This document shows positions 30,506 through 40,950 of a DNA stretch of 64,000 nt, piece by piece; position 1 is the first letter of the stretch, and every line of letters begins with the position of its first letter. The translations under genes and the position numbers were made by a program. The DNA lies in contig CALXIQ010000036.1 in NCBI GenBank assembly GCA_944388405.1, positions 301 through 64,300 of the forward strand, read 5' to 3'. Under the pieces are notes generated by a model, which had not been told where the DNA came from, ran no database searches, and saw only the letters and a list, made by a program, of their open reading frames with translations. This DNA comes from an uncultured Ruminococcus sp. (GTDB lineage Bacteria > Bacillota > Clostridia > Oscillospirales > Ruminococcaceae).

Positions 30506-30676
30506 TAAAACCAATCCTTTCGCTTTTGTTGAATGTGAACAAATAAAATTACATGATTATCAACTATAAAAAACTCTTATTAATTATAACATATTTGAAT
30601 TTTACTTTCAAGAGGAAATGGTGTATTATTTATAAGGGTAAAATGTTAGCTTCAAAGCAGTAAGGAGGTTAATAGT

Positions 30677-31165
30677 TTGCGTGATAACAAAAAGAAATCA
30701 ATTTTGAAGAGTTCAAAATTCATTCATCTCAAGATTGAAAGTACAATCAACAGTCTGCTGGCGGATAAGGGTATTACTGCGGCGCAGAGCCATATTCTGA
30801 TGTATATCCTTGAGCATCAGGGCGAAAACGTGTATTCAACGGAAATACATAAGGATATGAATATATCAAGGGCTACGGTTTCGGGCCTGATAAAAAAGCT
30901 GAGAGCTAACGGGTATCTGACCTATGAAAGCTGCGACTGTGACGAAAGACAGAAAAATCTGGCGCCAACTGCCAAAGCCCGAGCTTTGCGGGAGGATATA
31001 GAAAACTGCATGGCTTGGATCGAAAATTGCGTGTTTTGTGATTTTTCTGAAAGCGAGCTTGAAATTATGGATAAGCTTCAGAAAAAAATGATCGAGAGCA
31101 CAGCAAAAATAACCGGAGGAGGAACAAATAATGAGAGATATTATCGCCCAGATAAAACAGTATAA
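30677..31165 (+). CDS. MarR-family transcriptional regulator
   Basis: ITAAQSHILMYI...ISRATVSGLIKKL...GYL...DERQK; TTG start behind AAGGAGG. Confidence 0.88.
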   Translation: MRDNKKKSILKSSKFIHLKIESTINSLLADKGITAAQSHILMYILEHQGENVYSTEIHKDMNISRATVSGLIKKLRANGYLTYESCDCDERQKNLAPTAKARALREDIENCMAWIENCVFCDFSESELEIMDKLQKKMIESTAKITGGGTNNERYYRPDKTV

Positions 31166-32867
31166 GAAGGCGTCTCTTTTAGCGCCGTTTTACGTGACGC
31201 TGGAGGTTATTATGGATGTCCTTCTGCCATTTATAATGGCAAAGATAATTGATGAAGGAATTGAGAAAGGCATCATGGGCAATGTTTACTTGTACGGCGG
31301 ACTGATGCTATTAGCAGCTTTTACCAGCCTTGTAACAGGTGTGCTTGCCGGAAAATATTCAGCCGAGGCGTCAACCGGCGTTGCCTGTAACCTTAGAGAG
31401 GCAATATACAGAAAAATTCAGAGATATTCATTTTCAAACATTGATAAGTTTAGCACAGCCGGTTTGGTAACAAGAATGACCACCGACGTAACTAACGTTC
31501 AGAATGCATATCAGATGGTTATAAGAATTGCCGTCAGAGCCCCGCTTATGCTTATATGCAGCATGGCAATGTGCTTTTTTGTCAATGCGGAAATGAGCCT
31601 TATCTTTCTTATTGCTATCATTTTCCTTGCGGTGGTTTTGCTGCTTATTATGTTAAAGGCAATGAAAATTTTCAACGTTGCGTTCAAAAGATATGATGAC
31701 TTAAACGCAAGTGTTCAGGAAAATGTATCAGCTATAAGAGTTGTTAAGGCTTATGTAAGAGAAGATTTTGAAAAGCAGAAGTTTGCAAAGGCTTCGGGAA
31801 ATCTTTACAAGCTGTTTAAAAAGGCTGAAAGCGTACTGGCATTTAACAACCCGGCTATGATGCTGGCTATTTACGGCAGCATTATGCTTATAAGCTGGCT
31901 GGGTGCAAATTTTATTGTTGCAGGCGATATGACAACCGGTGAGCTTTCTTCAATGTTTACATATGTAACCACATCCATGATGTCACTTATGATGCTGTCT
32001 ATGATCTTTGTTATGATTACAATGAGCACTGCCAGCATTAGGCGTATTTCAGAAGTCTTGAGAGAGCAGCCTGAGCTTCATAACTGTGAAGATCCAAAAA
32101 CAGATATGAAGGACGGCTCGGTTGACTTTAATCACGTTTTCTTTTCCTATAAGCACGGTGACGGCAAGAAGGTGCTTTCAGATATTGATCTGCACATCAA
32201 GTCGGGTGAAACTATTGGTATAATAGGGCCTACCGGCTGCGGAAAATCCAGCCTTGTAAGCCTTATCAGCAGACTGTACGACGTTGATTCCGGCTCGGTT
32301 TGCGTAGGCGGCAGAGACGTAAGAGAATACGATATGGAATATCTGAGAAATCAGGTTTCTGTGGTTTTGCAGAAAAACGTGCTGTTTTCGGGAACAATAC
32401 TTGAAAACCTGCGCTGGGGAAATGAAAACGCTACCGATGCTGAGTGCATAGAGGCTTGTAAAGCGGCTTGTGCAGACGACTTTATCGAAAGCTTCCCCGA
32501 TAAGTACAACACCTACATAGAGCAGGGCGGAACCAACGTTTCAGGCGGTCAAAAGCAAAGACTTTGTATTGCCAGAGCACTGCTGAAAAAGCCAAAGGTT
32601 CTTATACTTGACGACTCTACAAGTGCGGTTGATACCGCAACCGATGCTAAGATAAGAGCGGCGTTTGCAAAACATATCCCCGGAACCACCAAGTTTATTA
32701 TTGCTCAGAGAATTTCCAGCGTTCAGGACGCAGACAGAATCCTTGTGCTTGACGGCGGAAAGGTAAACGGCTTTGGAACACATAACGAGCTGATTGAAAC
32801 AAATGAGATATACCGTGAAATCTACGAGTCCCAGGTCAAGGGCGGCGGAGATTTCGACCAGCAGTAA
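31131..32867 (+). CDS. Heterodimeric ABC exporter, subunit 1 (permease + ATPase)
   Basis: TMD + GPTGCGKS, VSGGQKQRL, degenerate Walker B LILDDS. Confidence 0.92.
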   Translation: MRDIIAQIKQYKKASLLAPFYVTLEVIMDVLLPFIMAKIIDEGIEKGIMGNVYLYGGLMLLAAFTSLVTGVLAGKYSAEASTGVACNLREAIYRKIQRYSFSNIDKFSTAGLVTRMTTDVTNVQNAYQMVIRIAVRAPLMLICSMAMCFFVNAEMSLIFLIAIIFLAVVLLLIMLKAMKIFNVAFKRYDDLNASVQENVSAIRVVKAYVREDFEKQKFAKASGNLYKLFKKAESVLAFNNPAMMLAIYGSIMLISWLGANFIVAGDMTTGELSSMFTYVTTSMMSLMMLSMIFVMITMSTASIRRISEVLREQPELHNCEDPKTDMKDGSVDFNHVFFSYKHGDGKKVLSDIDLHIKSGETIGIIGPTGCGKSSLVSLISRLYDVDSGSVCVGGRDVREYDMEYLRNQVSVVLQKNVLFSGTILENLRWGNENATDAECIEACKAACADDFIESFPDKYNTYIEQGGTNVSGGQKQRLCIARALLKKPKVLILDDSTSAVDTATDAKIRAAFAKHIPGTTKFIIAQRISSVQDADRILVLDGGKVNGFGTHNELIETNEIYREIYESQVKGGGDFDQQ

Positions 32868-32885
32868 GAAAGGAGGAAGCGTATA

Positions 32886-34796
32886 ATGGATATGAAAAAA
32901 GCAAGGGCAATGGGCAAACAGCCTATGCAAAAAGGACAGATGAAGCTTTTGGGACGTGTGCTTAAATACGTTCTCAAGCACTATACTTTTTCGTTTATCG
33001 TAGTAGTTATATGCATTCTCATTCAGGCAGTAAGCACTATTTACGGAATGACATTTATGCAGGCATTGGTGGATGATTATATTGCACCTTTGATTGGACA
33101 GGGTTCACCAGATTTCAGTCCTTTGGCAGGCGCGCTGCTGCAATTGGGCATTATTTATGCAATAGGTCTGGTGGCAGCTTATGCATATAACAGAATAATG
33201 GTTAATGTGGGACAGGGTACCCTGAGATATTTGAGAGACGATTTGTTTTCCAACATGGAAACCCTTCCTATCAAGTATTTTGACACTCACCCTCACGGTG
33301 ATATAATGTCGGTTTACACCAACGATGTTGATACCCTCAGACAGTTTATCTGCCAGAGTATTCCTCAGGTGATAAACTCATCGGTTACTTTGGTGCTGGC
33401 ATTTGTTTCGATGATTACAATGAACATTCCAATGACCATTCTTACTGTGGTAATGGCAGTAATTATGCTGATTGTAACAAACAAGATTTCTCAGAGATCG
33501 GGAACCCACTTTACAGCTCAGCAGAGAGATTTGGGTATTGTTGACGGATTTATCGAAGAAATGCTGGAAGGTCAGAAGGTTGTAAAAGTTTTCTGTCATG
33601 AGGAAAAAGCTGTTGAAGACTTTGTAGAGCTTAACGAGCAGCTTAGAAAAAGTGCTAACGAAGCGAACAAGTTTGCCAACATTATAATGCCTATAAACGC
33701 AAACATCGGAAACATAAGCTATGTATTGTGCTCAGTTTTTGGAGCATTGCTGTATCTATTGGGAGTGCCTGGCGTGTCAGTTGGTAAAATTGTAGCGTTT
33801 GTAGGTCTTAACAGAAACTTCACACAGCCTATTACTCAGATAAGCCAGCAGATGACCTTCGTTGTTATGGCGTCGGCAGGCGCTCAGAGGCTTTTCAGTC
33901 TTATGGATGAAGAACCTGAAAAGGATGAGGGCTACGTTGAGTTTGTAAATGCTAAATACAACATGGAAGGCGAGCTTGAGGAATGTGAAGAAAGAACTGG
34001 AACTTGGGCATGGAAGCATCCTCATAAGGCGGACGGCACCGTAACCTACACCAGAATGATGGGCGAGGTTGTGTTTGACGGAGTAGACTTTGGCTACAAT
34101 GACGACAAGATAGTTCTTCACGACATAAAGCTTTATGCAAAGCCCGGTCAGAAGATTGCCTTCGTAGGTTCTACCGGAGCGGGAAAGACTACCATCACAA
34201 ACCTGATAAACCGTTTTTACGATATTCAGGATGGTAAAATCCGCTACGACGGAATTAACATTACAAAAATCAAAAAGCCTGCCCTGAGAAAGACGCTGGG
34301 CATAGTGCTTCAGGATACCCATCTGTTTACCGGCACGGTTATGGAGAATATACGTTACGGAAATCTTGATGCAACGGATGAGGAGTGTATGGCGGCAGCA
34401 AGACTTGCCAATGCCGACGAATTTATTCAGCGGCTTCCCGATGGATACAATACCGTGCTTACCAGCGACGGCGGCAACCTCAGCCAGGGTCAGCGTCAGC
34501 TTATCGCTATCGCCAGAGCGGCGGTAGGAGATCCTCCTGTACTGATTCTTGACGAGGCGACTTCTTCGATAGATACCAGAACCGAGCAGCTTGTTCAGGC
34601 GGGTATGGACGCACTTATGACGGGCAGAACTACATTTGTAATTGCTCACCGCCTTTCAACGGTAAGAAATTCCGACTGTATCATGGTTCTTGAGCAGGGA
34701 AGAATTATCGAGAGAGGTACTCACGACGAGCTTATTGCCAAGAAGGGCAAGTACTATCAGCTTTACACAGGAAACTTCGCAGAAGAACCTGCATAA
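32886..34796 (+). CDS. Heterodimeric ABC exporter, subunit 2 (permease + ATPase)
   Basis: TMD + GSTGAGKT, LSQGQRQ, LILDEA, IAHRL. Confidence 0.92.
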   Translation: MDMKKARAMGKQPMQKGQMKLLGRVLKYVLKHYTFSFIVVVICILIQAVSTIYGMTFMQALVDDYIAPLIGQGSPDFSPLAGALLQLGIIYAIGLVAAYAYNRIMVNVGQGTLRYLRDDLFSNMETLPIKYFDTHPHGDIMSVYTNDVDTLRQFICQSIPQVINSSVTLVLAFVSMITMNIPMTILTVVMAVIMLIVTNKISQRSGTHFTAQQRDLGIVDGFIEEMLEGQKVVKVFCHEEKAVEDFVELNEQLRKSANEANKFANIIMPINANIGNISYVLCSVFGALLYLLGVPGVSVGKIVAFVGLNRNFTQPITQISQQMTFVVMASAGAQRLFSLMDEEPEKDEGYVEFVNAKYNMEGELEECEERTGTWAWKHPHKADGTVTYTRMMGEVVFDGVDFGYNDDKIVLHDIKLYAKPGQKIAFVGSTGAGKTTITNLINRFYDIQDGKIRYDGINITKIKKPALRKTLGIVLQDTHLFTGTVMENIRYGNLDATDEECMAAARLANADEFIQRLPDGYNTVLTSDGGNLSQGQRQLIAIARAAVGDPPVLILDEATSSIDTRTEQLVQAGMDALMTGRTTFVIAHRLSTVRNSDCIMVLEQGRIIERGTHDELIAKKGKYYQLYTGNFAEEPA

Positions 34797-34803
34797 GCTT
34801 TAC

Positions 34804-34846
34804 ACCTCCGCATATCTCAGATGATGTGCGGAGGTTTTTATTTTTT
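34804..34846 (+). terminator. Intrinsic terminator
   Basis: ACCTCCGCATAT...ATGTGCGGAGGTTTTTATTTTTT. Confidence 0.85.
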
Positions 34847-34995
34847 GCGATGTTAATAAAAAAATATTGCATAATACGCCGCCTTGTGCTATACTGTGAA
34901 AGAGCATTAAGGCGGCGTTTTGATTTGTATGCAAAACTAAGGGGATAGCGGAAGCCTTGAGGACTTGCCGCCGAAGAATGTTAAGGAGGTTTTTT

Positions 34996-36318
34996 ATGCC
35001 TAATCCTATTTTACCGCTGTGGGAGTATATTCCCGACGGCGAGCCGAGAGTTTTCGGCGACAGAGTTTATCTTTACGGCTCTCACGACAGAGCAGGTTGC
35101 GACGCATTCTGCGACTATAAACTGAAAGTGTGGTCTGCGCCTGTGAGCGATTTAAACAACTGGCAGTGCCACGGCGACAGTTTTCACACTGCACCTGATT
35201 ACGACCATGAGTCCGATACCTCAGAGTGGACTGACCGTGAGCTTTACGCTCCCGACGTGGTGTGCAAGGACGGCAAGTACTATCTTTACGCCTATATTGT
35301 AGGTTCAAAGGGCTGCGTGGGAGTAAGCGACAAGCCGGAGGGTCCCTTCACGCTGCTTTCGAGGTATAAATATGATGAATCCGACGCCGGGGACGAGGGA
35401 ATTTTCAACGACGCCGGAGTGCTGGTGGATGATGACGGAAGAGTTTATATCTATTACGGATTCGAAAAATCCCATATGAACGAGCTTAATCCCGACAATA
35501 TGTATGAAATAGTCAAAGGCTCATACAAGGCTGACGTTATCCCCCCGGGAATGGAGGATGACGATTTCTTTGAAGCAAGCTCCCCCCGAAAGGTGGGAGA
35601 TAAATATTATCTCATCTATTCGCCGAGAAAGGGAAGCAGGCTTTTTTATGCAATTGCCGACAACCCTTACGGTCCCTTCAAGCGAATGGGATACATAATC
35701 GACAACGGTGTTGATTACCCCGGCGGCAACAATCACGGCTCTATCTGCTGTATAAACGGTCAGTGGTATATTTTCTATCACAGAATGACAAACGGCACTA
35801 TAATGTCACGCAGAGCCTGCGTAGAAAAAATTGAAATTGACTCTGACGGAATAATAAAGCCGGTGGAGATGACCTCCCTTGGGTTTGAGGATTCGTTAAA
35901 TCCCTATAAGGTTACTCCCGCAGAGCTTGCCTGCGTTTTAAAGGGCGGCTGCTTTATTACCGAAAAGAGCAGCTTTTCACGTCCTGTTACCAATATAAAG
36001 ACCGGCTCGGTAATAGGCTACAAATACTTTGATTTCGGCGACGATTTTTCAAGCAAAACAATGGAGCTATGTCTTAACGTAAGTGGTGCGGGATGTGACA
36101 GCACCGTTCATGTGCTTATAGACGATTATGAAAACGGCGAGGAAATCGGCGTCTGCCATGTTGGCATGAACGACGGCGAATATAAGGCGAGGGTAAAATC
36201 CGTTACGGGAAGGCACGCTGTGTTCTTTAAGGTGGAGCACGACTACACCGGCTGGTTTGCCGATGCCTTTAAGGAAAGAAACCTCTTTGACCTGAAGGAA
36301 TTTGTGTTCAGAAAATAG
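34996..36318 (+). CDS. GH43 glycoside hydrolase with C-terminal CBM6-like domain, no signal peptide
   Basis: PNPILPLWEYIPDGEPRVFGDRVYLYGSHD, LYAPDV, FFEASS, GNNHGS, YKYFDFG; start ATG 34996 behind AAGGAGG. Confidence 0.85.
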   Translation: MPNPILPLWEYIPDGEPRVFGDRVYLYGSHDRAGCDAFCDYKLKVWSAPVSDLNNWQCHGDSFHTAPDYDHESDTSEWTDRELYAPDVVCKDGKYYLYAYIVGSKGCVGVSDKPEGPFTLLSRYKYDESDAGDEGIFNDAGVLVDDDGRVYIYYGFEKSHMNELNPDNMYEIVKGSYKADVIPPGMEDDDFFEASSPRKVGDKYYLIYSPRKGSRLFYAIADNPYGPFKRMGYIIDNGVDYPGGNNHGSICCINGQWYIFYHRMTNGTIMSRRACVEKIEIDSDGIIKPVEMTSLGFEDSLNPYKVTPAELACVLKGGCFITEKSSFSRPVTNIKTGSVIGYKYFDFGDDFSSKTMELCLNVSGAGCDSTVHVLIDDYENGEEIGVCHVGMNDGEYKARVKSVTGRHAVFFKVEHDYTGWFADAFKERNLFDLKEFVFRK

Positions 36319-36324
36319 CAGTTT

Positions 36325-36359
36325 CATATCCCCTTGCCGCAGTACGGTAAGGGGATGTG
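36325..36359 (+). terminator. Stem-loop after GH43
   Basis: CATATCCCCTTGCCG/CGGTAAGGGGATGTG. Confidence 0.65.
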
Positions 36360-36788
36360 AATTTTTGATGACGACAATTTTGATGACAATAAATTGCAAG
36401 AATAGTCATATAAATTTATCGGAGATATGTCTTATATATTAAGCGAAAACGTTTAAAAATACTTTTTTGTATAATTATTTTCCAATGCAATTGGGGATTT
36501 CGGCGGAATAAAAGTACTTGATAAGCAGTTTGGACGCAGGTTATCGGGGAAAGCAATGGAGTATGTAAAATCTCGGTCAGCCAAGAGTAAAATCGAAAGC
36601 ATTTTCGGCTTTTATCGACTAAAAATGATAATATGATATAAACGAAAATACTGCACAAAGTTCGTACTTTATTAATACTAAAATAATAAAATTCCTACTT
36701 GAACATTTCGTCGTTTTGTGGTATGATAAAACTCGGAATCGGCTTTTTTGTGTTGGTTCTAATTATTTTGTTATCAGGAGGAATTAGT

Positions 36789-37745
36789 TTGAGTAATGCT
36801 GTTTCCAAAAGAGGAACCAAAATAACGGTTCTCGGTACCGGCAGCGTGGGTGCCACCATCGCTTATACGCTTGCTCTTGAGGGTCTTTGCTCGGAGCTGC
36901 TGCTTATTGATATTAACGAGAAAAAGGCAGAGGGCGAGGCAATGGATATAGAACAGGGCAAGGCATTTTGCCCCGAAACGGATATACGCAGCGGAAAGGC
37001 TGAGGACGCCGTAGGTTCTGATATAGTCATCGTTACTGTGGGCATCGCCAGAAAACCGGGACAGACAAGAATCGATCTTGCCAAGACAAACGTAGGTATA
37101 ATCAACAGCGTAATGCCCGATCTTGCCAAGGCAGCGCCTGACGCAGTTTATATTATCGTAAGCAATCCTGTGGATATTCTTACATATGCCGCAGTAAAGG
37201 CATCGGGAATAGACCCACACAGAATAATCGGCTCAGGCACTATGCTTGACTCGTCAAGACTCAGAACCTGTCTGGCGTCTTATATAAACGTAAGCGCACA
37301 GAACGTTCACGGTTATGTTCTGGGAGAGCATGGCGATACAGCGGTTATTCCCTGGTCGCTTATCTCAATTGCAGGTATGCCTATCGACGATTTCTGCAAA
37401 ATGTCCGATCAGGGCATTGAAATCAAAAGGGAGGAAATCGAGGAAGATGTCCGCACTGCGGGAGCACGAGTTATTTCCTTGAAGGGTGCAACCTACTATG
37501 CTATTGCAATGTCCGTAAAGCAGCTTTGCGAAAGCATTATACGCGATTCGGGAGCTATCGCTACCGTTTCATGCCTTACACATGGCAGATACGGAACCAA
37601 GGACGTATGTCTCAGCCTGCCGTACGTTATCGGCGCTGGCGGAATAAAGAGATCGTTCTGTCCCGTACTGCTTCCCGAGGAGCAGGAAAAGCTTATAAAG
37701 AGTTCGGAAGCTTTAAGGTCTGTAATTGATCAGCTGGGAATCTAA
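36789..37745 (+). CDS. mdh: LDH/MDH-family dehydrogenase, probably malate dehydrogenase
   Basis: GTGSVG, VSNPVD, GTMLDSSR, GEHGD; specificity loop GIARKPGQTR has Arg at the LDH-Gln102 position; adjacent to malic enzyme. TTG start behind AGGAGG. Confidence 0.75.
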   Translation: MSNAVSKRGTKITVLGTGSVGATIAYTLALEGLCSELLLIDINEKKAEGEAMDIEQGKAFCPETDIRSGKAEDAVGSDIVIVTVGIARKPGQTRIDLAKTNVGIINSVMPDLAKAAPDAVYIIVSNPVDILTYAAVKASGIDPHRIIGSGTMLDSSRLRTCLASYINVSAQNVHGYVLGEHGDTAVIPWSLISIAGMPIDDFCKMSDQGIEIKREEIEEDVRTAGARVISLKGATYYAIAMSVKQLCESIIRDSGAIATVSCLTHGRYGTKDVCLSLPYVIGAGGIKRSFCPVLLPEEQEKLIKSSEALRSVIDQLGI

Positions 37746-37822
37746 CATAAAAATCACCGCAGCGTCAAGCTCGAGGGCTTTGCGGAATGTGGCTTAAACT
37801 TTTAGAAAGGACTTGAATTTAA

Positions 37823-38995
37823 ATGGATTATGCAAAGGAATCGCTTAGGCTTCACTATGAATGGAAAGGAAAGATAGAGGTTATCTGCCGCGCTCCTTTG
37901 GAGACAAGAGACGATCTTTCACTGGCTTATACTCCCGGAGTAGCTCAGCCCTGTCTTGAGATTCAGAAGGATGTAAACAAAAGCTATGAGCTTACAAGAC
38001 GTTCCAATCTTGTAGCAGTAGTAACTGACGGAACCGCAGTTCTCGGTCTGGGAGATATCGGACCTGAGGCAGGTATGCCTGTAATGGAGGGTAAATGCGC
38101 ACTGTTTAAGGCGTTCGGCGACGTTGACGCAGTTCCGCTTTGCATTCGTTCAAAGGAAGTTGACGATATTGTAAATACAGTCAGACTTATTGCAGGAAGC
38201 TTCGGCGGAATCAATCTTGAGGATATTTCCGCTCCCAGATGCTTTGAAATTGAAAGAAAGCTTAAGGAGTGCTGCGATATTCCTATTTTCCACGACGACC
38301 AGCATGGTACTGCGGTTGTAACTCTTGCCGCAATGCTTAACGCTCTCAAGCTTACAGGAAAGAAGCTTGACGAGATTAGAGTTGTTACCAGCGGCGCAGG
38401 CGCAGCAGGTATTGCTATTATCAAGCTGCTTATCTCAATGGGTCTTAAGGACGTTGTTCTGTGCGACCGTTCGGGAGCAATCTACAAGGGCAGAGAGGGT
38501 CTTAACCCTGAGAAGCAGGAAATGGCTGAAATCACAAATAAGGAAATGAGAAAGGGCACACTTGCCGACGTTCTCAAGGGCGCAGACGTATTTATCGGCG
38601 TATCCGCACCAGGCTGCGTAACTGAGGAAATGGTAAAGAGCATGGCTCCCGATCCTATCCTCTTCCCGATGGCTAATCCTACTCCAGAGATTATGCCCGA
38701 CCTGGCAAAGAAAGCAGGAGCTGCAGTTGTGGGCACAGGAAGAAGCGACTTCCCTAACCAGATTAACAACGTACTTGCTTTCCCCGGAATTTTCAGAGGT
38801 GCACTTGATGTAAGAGCAAGCGACATCAACGACGAAATGAAGATTGCAGCTGCAAAGGCTATCGCTTCATTTGTTACCGACGATAAGCTTTCGGCTGATT
38901 ACATTATTCCTTCCGCTCTTGACAGAAACGTTGCGGCTGCCGTTGCAAAGGCTGTAGCTCAGGCTGCAAGAGAGTCGGGAGTTGCAAGAATTTAA
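37823..38995 (+). CDS. NAD(P)-dependent malic enzyme (short type)
   Basis: LAYTPGVA, VTDGTAVLGLGDIG, MEGK, INLEDISAPRCF, FHDDQHGT, GAGAAG, GRSDFPNQINNVLAFPG. Confidence 0.93.
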   Translation: MDYAKESLRLHYEWKGKIEVICRAPLETRDDLSLAYTPGVAQPCLEIQKDVNKSYELTRRSNLVAVVTDGTAVLGLGDIGPEAGMPVMEGKCALFKAFGDVDAVPLCIRSKEVDDIVNTVRLIAGSFGGINLEDISAPRCFEIERKLKECCDIPIFHDDQHGTAVVTLAAMLNALKLTGKKLDEIRVVTSGAGAAGIAIIKLLISMGLKDVVLCDRSGAIYKGREGLNPEKQEMAEITNKEMRKGTLADVLKGADVFIGVSAPGCVTEEMVKSMAPDPILFPMANPTPEIMPDLAKKAGAAVVGTGRSDFPNQINNVLAFPGIFRGALDVRASDINDEMKIAAAKAIASFVTDDKLSADYIIPSALDRNVAAAVAKAVAQAARESGVARI

Positions 38996-39036
38996 TTTCG
39001 GCGATTCAGGTAAAATTTATAACCGTAAAATAATAT

Positions 39037-39078
39037 GCGCAGCTTTCTTTGCCAAACGGTAGGGAAGCTGCGTTTTTT
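39037..39078 (+). terminator. Intrinsic terminator
   Basis: GCGCAGCTTTC...GGGAAGCTGCGTTTTTT. Confidence 0.75.
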
Positions 39079-39146
39079 ATGTCTTGCAATTAAAGTGCTT
39101 TTGCAGTATAATAATAGGGTAATGTCAGGAACGGAGGATTTTTATA

Positions 39147-39815
39147 ATGCTAAAAGCGGTAATTTTCGATATGGACGGACTTATGCTTGATACCGAAAGG
39201 CTGCTGCAAAGGTTCTGGTGCGAAGCGGCTGCGTTTTACGGTTATACAATGCCACCTGAAACAGCGCTGGGAATGCGTTCGCTGTCCTCAAGGTATTCAA
39301 AAAAATATCTGAAGCGGTGTATGGGAAAGGATTTTGATTATCAGACGGTAAGGGCAAAGCGCATCCAGCTTATGAACGCATACATAAAGCAAAATGGTGT
39401 TATAAAGAAAAAAGGTCTTGATGAGCTGCTGGATTTTCTGAAAACCACTCCGCTGAAAGCCGCAGTGTGTACCGCCACCGATTTTGAGCGCACTAAAATG
39501 TATCTTGAAAATGCGGGTGTGTTTGATAAATTCGACGAGTTTATGTGCGGCAATATGGTGGAGAGAGGAAAGCCTGCGCCGGATATTTACGAATTTGCCT
39601 GTCGAGGTCTCGGACTTGAACCTGATGAGTGCATTGCGCTGGAGGATTCGCCCAACGGCGTTATCTCCGCTGCCGTTGCAGGACTTGATACAATAATGAT
39701 TCCCGACCTTACTCAGCCGTCTGAAGATATAAAGCCGCTTTTGTATGACTGCTGCGAAAGTCTTGACAAAGTTATAGATATTTTAAAAAAAGTAATGAAC
39801 GAGGGTAGTAATTAA
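39147..39815 (+). CDS. HAD-family phosphatase (beta-PGM-like subfamily IA)
   Basis: FDMDGLMLDTE, GKPAPDIY, LEDSPNG. Confidence 0.88.
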   Translation: MLKAVIFDMDGLMLDTERLLQRFWCEAAAFYGYTMPPETALGMRSLSSRYSKKYLKRCMGKDFDYQTVRAKRIQLMNAYIKQNGVIKKKGLDELLDFLKTTPLKAAVCTATDFERTKMYLENAGVFDKFDEFMCGNMVERGKPAPDIYEFACRGLGLEPDECIALEDSPNGVISAAVAGLDTIMIPDLTQPSEDIKPLLYDCCESLDKVIDILKKVMNEGSN

Positions 39816-40930
39816 TGGAGCTTTCAGAATTAAGACAAGAAATCAACGCTGTTGACAAACAGATAGAGGAGCTTTTTGTAAAGCGCATGCAGCTTTGCTT
39901 TGACGTTGCCGAATATAAGATACAAAACAATCTTCCCGTGTTTCAGAGCGGCAGAGAAAAGGAAATACTTGAACGGGTGAGAAACGATATGCCCGATGAG
40001 CTTAAAAGCTCCGCCGAGGTTTTGTTTACCTCAATAATGGACATCTCAAAGTGCAAGCAGTATCAGAAGTTTTTTGCCGATAAAAACAAAATAGAGTGTG
40101 ATAAACTTGACCTTTCGGGATTCCATAAGGTTGCAGTGCCGGGAACAAACGGCTCATACTCCCATATATCCTGCGACAGGTTTTTTAAGGAGTATTCCCC
40201 GATTTTCTATGAGGGATTTGAAGAGGTGTTCAAGGCGGTGGAGAATGGCAGTGTAGAGTTCGGAGTGCTGCCCATTGCAAATTCCACTGCCGGTTCGGTA
40301 GGACAGACCTATGAGCTTTTGAAAAAATACGACCTTAAGATATGCGCATCGGCAAAGGTTAAGATAAACCACTGTCTTGCGGTAAAAAAGGGCACCGACA
40401 TAAAAGACGTTAAAACGGTATATTCTCACGAACAGGGGCTTTCTCAGTGCTCAGATTTTATACGCAGCATGGGATTCAAAACAAGCGCATATTCAAATAC
40501 CGCCCTTGCCGCAGCCTTTATAAAATCCTCAGATGAGCCCTACGGAGCAATATGCTCAGAGCAGTGCGCCGAGGAAATGGGACTTGAGATAATAAGACAT
40601 GATATAGCCAATGCCCATGAAAATTACACCAGATTTATTCTGGTTTCAAAAAGAACCCTTGTGGCTCAAAATGCCAACGTGGTTTCAGTTTCCCTTGCGC
40701 TGCCTCACATCTCGTCGGCTTTGTACCGGCTGCTGACAAAGTTTTCGGTAGCGGGACTTAATCTGCTGATGATAGAGAGCCGCCCCATAGCCAATACCGA
40801 TTTTGACGCGGTATTCTATCTTGATTTTGAAGGGTCGGTAAATTCCCCCGACGTTGCAAAGCTTCTTAACGAGTTAGAGTCGGAGCTGTCGTATTTTAAG
40901 TTTTTGGGAAACTATATTGCTCTTGATTAA
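39815..40930 (+). CDS. pheA: Bifunctional chorismate mutase / prephenate dehydratase
   Basis: [15 protein letters not shown]...KR CM domain; [21 protein letters not shown]; ACT domain NLLMIESRP. Confidence 0.9.
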   Translation: MELSELRQEINAVDKQIEELFVKRMQLCFDVAEYKIQNNLPVFQSGREKEILERVRNDMPDELKSSAEVLFTSIMDISKCKQYQKFFADKNKIECDKLDLSGFHKVAVPGTNGSYSHISCDRFFKEYSPIFYEGFEEVFKAVENGSVEFGVLPIANSTAGSVGQTYELLKKYDLKICASAKVKINHCLAVKKGTDIKDVKTVYSHEQGLSQCSDFIRSMGFKTSAYSNTALAAAFIKSSDEPYGAICSEQCAEEMGLEIIRHDIANAHENYTRFILVSKRTLVAQNANVVSVSLALPHISSALYRLLTKFSVAGLNLLMIESRPIANTDFDAVFYLDFEGSVNSPDVAKLLNELESELSYFKFLGNYIALD

Positions 40931-40950
40931 TATTGAAAGGCTGTGAGTTT

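Noticed and set aside
33777-34649. 290-aa antisense ORF and similar long antisense ORFs (17005-17853, 47539-48138, 42272-42856, 1895-2485)
   Set aside because: They lie wholly opposite well-conserved genes, show no motifs, and are expected shadows of biased codon usage.
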